A program made the position numbers and the translations under genes. Below are positions 25,257-32,000 of a stretch of DNA of 32,000 nucleotides, piece after piece. The notes beneath the pieces were generated by a model. That model searched no databases, had not been told where the DNA came from, and saw nothing but the letters and a program-made list of their open reading frames with translations. The number at the start of each line of letters is the position of its first letter. The first letter of the stretch is position 1. Source of the stretch: Promethearchaeota archaeon (GTDB lineage Archaea; Asgardarchaeota; Lokiarchaeia; Sigyniarchaeales; SOKP01); the NCBI GenBank assembly GCA_030606485.1, contig JAUWGH010000002.1, positions 240,001-272,000 on the forward strand. The letters are read 5' to 3'.

Positions 25257-27818
25257 TTAAGCTCCTCCTGCTGTAAAATATATTCTTGATTCTATAGAAC
25301 TCGTTGGAAAGTTAGTGGGAGTGTTTGTGAAATATTGAACATGATATTTTCCAAGAAGAAACAAATTCTCCACTTGATCCGAATAATGTTTGCTATTAGA
25401 ATGACCTCTTTGTCCCGATGGAATTACACTTATCGTATTATTTAAGTTGCTGAAATCAACAATTAATCTCTCTGATGCTCCACCTCTCGCTATTCCAACT
25501 CCACTTCTAATGCTTACTCCAGAAGGAGTTATGCAATATCCACTTCCAGACCATTCAAAAGGACCTACACTTAACGCTTCTAATCCAGTTAAATGACCAT
25601 AGTAAACTGTATGGATATCTCCCCACCTCCATGTTGTCGGATCGCTTGAATCATAGAAGTTTTCGAGCCAATCAATTGTGTCATCTAATGCAGTTAGAAT
25701 GATATTATCCCGGTTTTCAACATATGATGTGCTCATATCATCAAACCAGTGAGAATTTGGAACTTCTTTCATTAAATACTCTAAGATATTTAAACCTGGC
25801 CCACTGGCAGCTTTATATATTTCAATTTCATCATCAAAAGTATAATCATCAAAATAATCGCGCCACTTTCTATAAATAGTGGGAGCTGCTGAATCTTTGT
25901 CCATGACGTATGTCCAATCTTTTAACACTGTAAGAACGTTTCCAATTTTCTCTGGAGGGCTAGAACCATATTTAGTCTCAATAGCATTTATTAAATATGG
26001 AGTAAATGCTTGGGCAGCGCTTGAATTGACATCCGTTTGAATTTCAATCATTTTCTCTACACTGACAGTCCCATCAGGAGTTTTACTTAGCAATTCATTA
26101 ATTCTTCTGGCTCTATAACCGCTAGCATATGAATTTTGCAAGAAATAATTAACATATTCAGGACCAGTAGCTATTTGATTTGCGCTTGCTAAATAATGCT
26201 GAGAAGGATCTAAGGAATTAGGTAGTTCTTCGAATGGAATATATCCAGTCCATTCTCCTTCACCCGCGGAACCATTGTAAGGGAAGGTTCCATCTCCTAC
26301 TCTTATAGGAACTAATCCTGTTGGACGGATAGCTATATGGCCATCAATATCCGCGTAGACTATATTTTGAGCAGGATTTTGAAAATATTTTGATGCTTCA
26401 TCGAAATCAGCCCTATTATGTGCATGACCAAAATTATATAGAGCCAAAAACTCAAGAGTCACATTATTTGCAGTCCATCTAGGCGCCAATACAACATCTC
26501 CAAAAGCTTCTGTGATACTACTGCCAAGAAAATCGTTTAAAACAGGTCCATGGACTGTTTCTTTTACTGTAAATTCTTCTGGATCTTGCCCTTTAACATT
26601 GATGGAATAACTTCTTGTTGTATAAGCAGTCGATGTACCGTCGTAAATATAATGATCTTCATCGATTGAATTATAATAATACCAGTCCATAACATCAGCC
26701 CCAACATTCGTAAATCCCCATGCAACATGTTCGTTATGTCCTACAATTGGTACATTAACACCAGCGAGAGTGAAACAGTAGATATTCAAATCGGTATCGG
26801 AGGAGACTAAATGAGCCTCATACCAAATACCTGGCATATTCCATGCTAAATGCATATCATTACAGAGTATTGGTTTTCCAGTATTACTTAGTGTCCCATC
26901 TACAACCCAATTATTTGAACCTATTATATTTTCATTCTGAAATTCAATCAATTCTCTTTGTGAATCAATTTTTTTTATTTCAGTTAAAAAGTTCGAAAAT
27001 ACAGAGCTCATCGAAGAACTTGGAGTATATCCTGACCAAAAACCACTAGGAGGAGCGTCATACTCGCCATAATTAGGACAAATTGGGATTTGATAAGGTG
27101 TAGGTAAGCCGAAAATCTCAGTATAATTAATAGCACCAAAAGCTTCGAAATTTATTGCTCTATATAAATCACTATATTGCCATGTTAGCATTTCAGACAT
27201 ATACTTCGAATAAACCATAGAATCCAAGGCAGTCCATTCAGTTGGTTCGAAACCTAAAAGATAGTATTCCAATGGTTTTTCATTTCTTAATCTTTGTTGT
27301 TCTAGATAATAATTTACTCCTTCAACATAACTATACAAACTATCTAACATATCAATCTCTCCAGCTTCATCCATTTGAATTAATGCTTGGAGTGATTGAT
27401 TTGCCCAGTATTCCTTTCCAGTTGCAAGATTAAATTTATCCATATTTAAAGCAGAGGGACCAATAATTTCTGATAACCTCCCGCGGACAGATCTCCTTGC
27501 CATATCCATCTGGAAAAATCTATCCTGTGCATGGCAATATCCAAGAGCAAAACTCATATCATTTTCATTAGAAGCATAAATATGTGGTACACCCCATTCA
27601 TCTCGAATAACAGTGACATCAGCGGACAAACCAGGAATTGTATATGTTTCTACTGCTGGGACTTCCCCCGGTACTTTCCATAGTCCATTACCTGGAAATA
27701 AAAGGCTTCCAAGTGGGGGAATTATTCCTAAGTCCAGAGAGAAAAGAGACATTCCGAAAATTGTAATCACGATTACAGTCGTAAGTTTAATAATCAACTT
27801 TTTTTCTATATTTCTCAT
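25257..27818 (-). CDS. Penicillin acylase family Ntn-hydrolase with N-terminal membrane anchor
   Basis: RDEWGVPHIYA, GYCHAQDRFFQMD, GSNNWVV (beta-1 Ser codon at 26918-26916), CNDMH, QNIVYAD, ASANQ, PSGQRG...HYSDQ. Confidence 0.94.
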   Translation of the reverse strand: MRNIEKKLIIKLTTVIVITIFGMSLFSLDLGIIPPLGSLLFPGNGLWKVPGEVPAVETYTIPGLSADVTVIRDEWGVPHIYASNENDMSFALGYCHAQDRFFQMDMARRSVRGRLSEIIGPSALNMDKFNLATGKEYWANQSLQALIQMDEAGEIDMLDSLYSYVEGVNYYLEQQRLRNEKPLEYYLLGFEPTEWTALDSMVYSKYMSEMLTWQYSDLYRAINFEAFGAINYTEIFGLPTPYQIPICPNYGEYDAPPSGFWSGYTPSSSMSSVFSNFLTEIKKIDSQRELIEFQNENIIGSNNWVVDGTLSNTGKPILCNDMHLAWNMPGIWYEAHLVSSDTDLNIYCFTLAGVNVPIVGHNEHVAWGFTNVGADVMDWYYYNSIDEDHYIYDGTSTAYTTRSYSINVKGQDPEEFTVKETVHGPVLNDFLGSSITEAFGDVVLAPRWTANNVTLEFLALYNFGHAHNRADFDEASKYFQNPAQNIVYADIDGHIAIRPTGLVPIRVGDGTFPYNGSAGEGEWTGYIPFEELPNSLDPSQHYLASANQIATGPEYVNYFLQNSYASGYRARRINELLSKTPDGTVSVEKMIEIQTDVNSSAAQAFTPYLINAIETKYGSSPPEKIGNVLTVLKDWTYVMDKDSAAPTIYRKWRDYFDDYTFDDEIEIYKAASGPGLNILEYLMKEVPNSHWFDDMSTSYVENRDNIILTALDDTIDWLENFYDSSDPTTWRWGDIHTVYYGHLTGLEALSVGPFEWSGSGYCITPSGVSIRSGVGIARGGASERLIVDFSNLNNTISVIPSGQRGHSNSKHYSDQVENLFLLGKYHVQYFTNTPTNFPTSSIESRIYFTAGGA

Positions 27819-27998
27819 ATTTATTTCATTTTTTGATAAATTCTATTTAGATTTAGATTTCAAAATATTTAGATAGAATAAGAATTGATCACTTGTATTA
27901 TTAAAATATTCTTGTTTTAAATTATAAAATAAATTTATCTTGAAGCGTAAATCAAAAATAACTTATCTGTTAAAATTGTACCAAAATAATTTTTCCTT

Positions 27999-28238
27999 TC
28001 ATCTGTATCTCTTTAAATCATTATCGCTATATAAATCAGGTTCATTCTCGAGAAAATCTTTTAGTGATAGTTCAGATAATTTTATCATTGATTCAATTTC
28101 TTTATTATTATCTGCATTTTCTAATTTTTCGAGATAATTTTTTACAGCAGTCCGTACAATAGTTTCCCATTTAATTTCGGGATATTTTTTCATCCTTTTT
28201 AATAATTCTTCAGATACAGAAAATGAGAAATCGGTCAT
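27999..28238 (-). CDS. Ribbon-helix-helix (CopG/antitoxin-like) small protein
   Basis: FSFSVSEELLKRMKKYPEIKWETIVRTAVKNYL is an RHH pattern; acidic tail SLKDFLENEPDLYS. Confidence 0.65.
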   Translation of the reverse strand: MTDFSFSVSEELLKRMKKYPEIKWETIVRTAVKNYLEKLENADNNKEIESMIKLSELSLKDFLENEPDLYSDNDLKRYR

Positions 28239-28365
28239 ATTTCTTCAATAAGGTATTTGGCTGTACTATTATTTATATCCGCATTAATAAATTCGTTTTG
28301 AATTTTAAACCGAAATATAATTTAATTATCTGTGATAGAATAAAATAATTAAAAAAGGTGATTAT

Positions 28366-28950
28366 ATGGAAAAGCCAATAAAGGTTGTATTGTTTAATGG
28401 AAGCCCTCGAGAAAAGGGGAACACTTATCTCTGCCTTCGAATGGTAATGAACGAGCTCGAGCAAGAACAAATTAAGTGTGAATTAATTTGGATTGGTATG
28501 GAGAAATTGAGCCAATGTAGGGAGTGTTATCTTTGCGATGAAAATCAAAATAAAAGGTGCAGTATTGAGGACGATAAAATGAATGAGTATATTGCTAAGA
28601 TGCTTGATGCAGATGGAATTATTATAGGGTCTCCAACATTTTTCAGTAATGTAACAGCTCCAATAAAAGCTTTAATTGACAGAGCAGGGCTAGTAGCTAA
28701 GGTAAATGGTGATATGCTTAAAAGAAAAGTGGGTGCATCTGTTATTGCCGTAAGAAGAGCAGGTGCTACAACTGTTATGAGCGCTATTAATTATTTCTTT
28801 TTAATAAACCAAATGATAGTGCCAGGTTCAAGCTATTGGAACATGGGTTTCGGATTAGAACCGGGTGAAGTAGAAGATGATAAAGAAGGTAAAAAAACTT
28901 TTGAGAATTTAGGGAAAAATATGGCTTGGCTGTTAAAAAAACTTAATTAA
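28366..28950 (+). CDS. Iron-sulfur flavoprotein (Isf) / flavodoxin-family protein
   Basis: NGSPREKGNT, CRECYLC-x7-C, ADGIIIGSPTFF, IKALIDR, RRAG, PGSSYWN; AGGTGA RBS upstream. Confidence 0.9.
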   Translation: MEKPIKVVLFNGSPREKGNTYLCLRMVMNELEQEQIKCELIWIGMEKLSQCRECYLCDENQNKRCSIEDDKMNEYIAKMLDADGIIIGSPTFFSNVTAPIKALIDRAGLVAKVNGDMLKRKVGASVIAVRRAGATTVMSAINYFFLINQMIVPGSSYWNMGFGLEPGEVEDDKEGKKTFENLGKNMAWLLKKLN

Positions 28951-29464
28951 AAATTCGATTTTTTAACTTTTTTTTCATATTAATTGATATTTATTTTCTA
29001 CTTTTCACACAATCACTTCATTAAAGACTATTACACTAAGGAAAATTTTTAAATTTGATAATCGATAGAGGGAATTGTAAAATTAATATTCCATTTATAG
29101 CGTATTCATTTCTCTCTTATTAAATTTCCATATAATTTTTTCATTAAATTTTATAATGTCTTGCAGCCATTTTCCATTTTTATTATGATTTATTTTAATT
29201 CATGTTTAATATTTGATCTATTTCGATCATTTTATTATGAAGATATCTTAATTTAACAAGAAATGATTAATTTATTAATCAGAATTCTTAAAAGTTTGTG
29301 ATCCAGAATATTAAAATTAGATATAAATTCGAAATGTTTTATTTTGATCTTGAACAATAATAAGAAGTGACAAAAAGTAGGAAAATAAAATTCTTATTTA
29401 AAGAAATTGCGAAAAATGATCATATTTAAATACTCATTTGTCGTAATATATCATTAGTGAAAAA

Positions 29465-29484
29465 TTGTGATTTTAATATCACAA
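29465..29484. promoter_or_regulatory. Perfect inverted repeat TTGTGAT-N6-ATCACAA, candidate operator
   Basis: 7-bp arms with a 6-bp spacer, ending 28 nt upstream of the ATG at 29513. Confidence 0.55.
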
Positions 29485-29512
29485 CAAAAAAAATTTTAAA
29501 AATGATGTAAAA

Positions 29513-29683
29513 ATGTGTAATAATTGTTATTGTGAAAATCAAGAAAAATGTTCCGTAGTCGGTTACCAACCTTATGGATTTTGTTGCAACTTATGCGTTT
29601 ATTACGATGCAACACTTCCTTCGAAATGTTCAAGAGGAATCGAGAAAACAGTAGATCAATTTCTAGACATTTTCGAATCTTAA
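29513..29683 (+). CDS. 56-aa Cys-rich microprotein, paralog of the next gene; not in the ORF track
   Basis: MCNNCYCENQEKCSVVGYQPYGFCCNLCVYYDATLPSKCSRGIEKTVDQFLDIFES; shares the Cys pattern and KCSxVGxxPxGFCC with 29770..30048 despite nucleotide divergence. Confidence 0.85.
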   Translation: MCNNCYCENQEKCSVVGYQPYGFCCNLCVYYDATLPSKCSRGIEKTVDQFLDIFES

Positions 29684-29769
29684 ACAATTTATCTTGAGCA
29701 GGGAAATACGTACTAAAGGAACAGAAAAAATAAGAGAAATTCATCATAAGTAAAAGAGGAGTAAAAAAA

Positions 29770-30048
29770 ATGTGTAATAATTGTAATTGTGATAATTACG
29801 ATAAATGTTCAATAGTAGGACATATGCCAATTGGATTCTGTTGTTCAAAATGTTACCTTTATGATGAAGAGCATACCTGTTTAGCTAATAAGGGAAAGCT
29901 CACAACGGGAACGAAATCTGAAAAGAAAAAAGCCCCTATTCTTCCAATTAGTACAACCATTGAGGATGGACTATTAAAAGTAGTTATAGAAGAGAAAGGG
30001 AAAGAAATTCCGATTTATATTGATCTCCAAAAGCAATTAGATTCTTAA
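29770..30048 (+). CDS. Cys-rich small protein with C-terminal extension
   Basis: MCNNCNCDNYDKCSIVGHMPIGFCCSKCYLYDEEHTC...; GAGGAG RBS upstream. Confidence 0.85.
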   Translation: MCNNCNCDNYDKCSIVGHMPIGFCCSKCYLYDEEHTCLANKGKLTTGTKSEKKKAPILPISTTIEDGLLKVVIEEKGKEIPIYIDLQKQLDS

Positions 30049-30072
30049 AATTTTGTTTTCTATTTTTTCTTT

Positions 30073-30456
30073 TTATTTGATAAAATTATATTTTTTTAAA
30101 TATTTCATTAACTTTTCACTTGTACGTCGTCGTTCTCTCCAGTCCAGATAAAAGTTATTACGTCTTGGGCAATCGGTGTCAAGGGAGCATATACCAATAT
30201 CTTCAAGATAAATTAGAGGATAATACCGACATCCTTCAGGTCTAAACTTATAAATACTGCATAATTTGGTTTTTTCATCAAAAAAGTAGCAATGTTTATT
30301 CACATTTTTTAATTGCCAGTACCCATCTTCATTTTTAAATGTAAAATCATCGACTTTTAAAGGTGCATTGTAATTATTAAGAATTATTTTAATATCATCA
30401 TCGGTTATTAACATTTCAGTTTTAAAGCAGCAAATTCCACAGTCTTTACAGAGCAT
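30073..30456 (-). CDS. YkgJ-family (CxxCxxCC) cysteine-cluster protein
   Basis: CKDCGICC ... HCYFF ... CSIYKFRPEGCRYYP ... CP. ATG 30456 preferred over the track's start at 30489. Confidence 0.85.
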   Translation of the reverse strand: MLCKDCGICCFKTEMLITDDDIKIILNNYNAPLKVDDFTFKNEDGYWQLKNVNKHCYFFDEKTKLCSIYKFRPEGCRYYPLIYLEDIGICSLDTDCPRRNNFYLDWRERRRTSEKLMKYLKKYNFIK

Positions 30457-30619
30457 TTTTAACTCAATAAAATATAATCTAAAAATCATTAAATTCTTTT
30501 TTAGATAGGTTCTTCTTTGATTCTAATTTTTTACTTGAAAGTAAACATTTATATAAGTTAAAGTAGAGAAATAGACATTTAAAATTAAAATAATTTTTAA
30601 AAAAAAAAGGTGAAATTTA

Positions 30620-31030
30620 ATGTCTGAAGATGTTAATGTCCGGTGGGGTTTTTTAAAGTTTATGTATGCATATGCTGGTATTTCAGTAGCTGGTTTTGGA
30701 TTGATAATACTTATCATTCCAGACCAATTCAGTTCCTTATTAGGAGCTCCCAGTTTTGAACCAGTCGTTTGGGGTATTTGTGGTAGCGTTTGGACTGGGC
30801 TAGGGCTACTCTGTTTTTTAGGTTTACGAGATCCACTCAAATTTCTACCACTTCTCTTATTTCAAGTTGTTTACAAATCGATCTGGTACCTTGCTGTTTG
30901 GCTACCCCTTTTAATTATGGGACAATTTCCAGCATGGGGATTATTAACTGTGTTATTATTTTGGACCTATATTGTTGGAAATATAATCGCGATACCTTGG
31001 TCATATCTCTTTAAAAAATCATCTGATTAA
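30620..31030 (+). CDS. Hypothetical four-TM membrane protein
   Basis: Hydrophobic helices with an LRDPLKFLPLLLFQVVYKSIW motif; AGGTGA RBS upstream. Confidence 0.75.
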   Translation: MSEDVNVRWGFLKFMYAYAGISVAGFGLIILIIPDQFSSLLGAPSFEPVVWGICGSVWTGLGLLCFLGLRDPLKFLPLLLFQVVYKSIWYLAVWLPLLIMGQFPAWGLLTVLLFWTYIVGNIIAIPWSYLFKKSSD

Positions 31031-31141
31031 TAGATGTTGAAGCCACTGAAATTGATTAAACATAATATTTAAATAAAAATTAAATCATTCTTTTTTTCTT
31101 TTTAAAATAAATTTTAAATAAAATTTAGGCAAAATAATCTT

Positions 31142-32000
31142 ATGGAAAAAAATGAAAGAATTAATGAGTTAGAGTTAAAGAGTAAATCACCTACTTTTCA
31201 AATCGTAATAATTGGTATAATAACTGCGGGCTCCTCTATCTTTGGATTTTACGAATTTTCTCTTTTTAATACTTATATTGAACATATTCTTAATTTAGAA
31301 TATATCTATATTTCGATAATGGTGAGCGTAAGCGCTATAATGGGACTTATATTTAATATAGTATTTGGAATTTTGAGCGATAATACTCGTACAAAATACG
31401 GTCGGAGAAGGCCTTATTTACTATTTGGAATTCTTGCTGGAATTGCCATGTACCTTTACGCGTTTTCGCCCAATTTTTTGTGGTGCTTTATCTTAGACGC
31501 AATCATAATAGGAGTTGTTTCAAATGCTTTTTATGCGGGTAGTTATGTATTAATTCCTGATTTAGTTGGTATGGAGCGCAGAGGTAGGGCAAATGGAATA
31601 GTTCAAATTTTTTCTTTGGTTGGTTCAATGCTACCTACTGCATTAATTTTATACGTGAATGAATTTTATTCAACGCAAAGTGTTGAAGGCACGATCATAA
31701 CCCAAGAAGGATACATTCTTTCGTTAGCATTTGGAGCATTAGCAATAATTATTGTCTCCATTTTAGGTTTTTTATTAATAAGAGAGAAACCCGTTTCAGA
31801 ATTGCCCCCTAGAAAAAAATTTTTGGTTGATTTAAAAGATACTTTTCAATATAAAGAATTAAAAAAACATAAACATTTCTTTAGAATTATTATTGCCCTC
31901 ACTGTCTTCAATATTGGGACAAGAATTATTTTACCTTTTATATGGAATTACTTCTTTAGTCTATCACTCACTACATTAGGTCTCATTTTACTATTTGGAA
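31142..32000 (+). CDS. MFS transporter (GPH/MelB-like), runs off the window end; not in the ORF track
   Basis: Hand translation is open to the window end; FGILSDNTRTKYGRRRPY loop motif, IPDLVGMERRGRANG, multiple TM helices. Confidence 0.9.
   Translation, partial: MEKNERINELELKSKSPTFQIVIIGIITAGSSIFGFYEFSLFNTYIEHILNLEYIYISIMVSVSAIMGLIFNIVFGILSDNTRTKYGRRRPYLLFGILAGIAMYLYAFSPNFLWCFILDAIIIGVVSNAFYAGSYVLIPDLVGMERRGRANGIVQIFSLVGSMLPTALILYVNEFYSTQSVEGTIITQEGYILSLAFGALAIIIVSILGFLLIREKPVSELPPRKKFLVDLKDTFQYKELKKHKHFFRIIIALTVFNIGTRIILPFIWNYFFSLSLTTLGLILLFG

Noticed and set aside
29095-29199. 34-codon minus-strand open stretch (IKINHNKNGKWLQDIIKFNEKIIWKF...) in the long intergenic region
   Set aside because: No standard start codon or RBS and no recognisable homology; it cannot be supported as a gene or pseudogene.
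4813-31014. Other short track ORFs overlapping assigned genes (e.g. 9596..9949, 19248..19709, 21542..21832, 27613..27876, 29496..29747, 30523..30840)
   Set aside because: They are antisense or alternate-frame shadows of well-supported CDSs and carry no motifs of their own.
1-32000. CRISPR arrays, tRNA/rRNA genes, IS elements or terminal inverted repeats
   Set aside because: No regularly spaced repeats, GC-rich structured RNA segments or transposase/integrase motifs were seen; intergenic regions are short and very AT-rich. A covariance-model search could still reveal small ncRNAs.

Overview
AT-rich (about 30% GC by eye, not computed), gene-dense archaeal window with no rRNA, tRNA, CRISPR array or transposase that I can see. 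Methanofuran/Hdr/Fwd C1 genes sit beside an FATP-type acyl-CoA synthetase, a penicillin-acylase-family amidase and a GPH-type MFS transporter, which suggests an Asgard (Lokiarchaeia-like) organism; this is inference. Left to right: a hybrid REC-PAS-GAF-PAS-HisKA_2 kinase (minus strand, absent from the ORF track); two split-barrel flavin-binding proteins; a ferredoxin; a CCG/Fe-S protein; mfnB; a ferredoxin subunit plus a divergent tungsten AOR/WOR-family enzyme; a probable operon hdrB-hdrA-mvhD-fwdG-fwdF-fwdD-fwdB-fwdC that lacks fwdA and hdrC; a saccharopine-dehydrogenase-like gene and a Cys-motif protein. Converging on these is a second, intact but active-site-altered operon fwdG'-fwdB'-fwdD'-fwdA' that lacks fwdC. 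The right third holds a Tubby/LURP-like protein, lipid and amide catabolic genes, an orphan RHH protein, an iron-sulfur flavoprotein, two tandem 8-Cys small proteins (one not in the ORF track) behind a perfect palindrome, a YkgJ-type protein and membrane proteins. The best candidate for an undescribed system is the pair of complementary Fwd operons, one canonical and one remodelled, linked to an HdrA/MvhD bifurcating module. Family assignments and reference residue numbers come from recalled motifs, not database searches.
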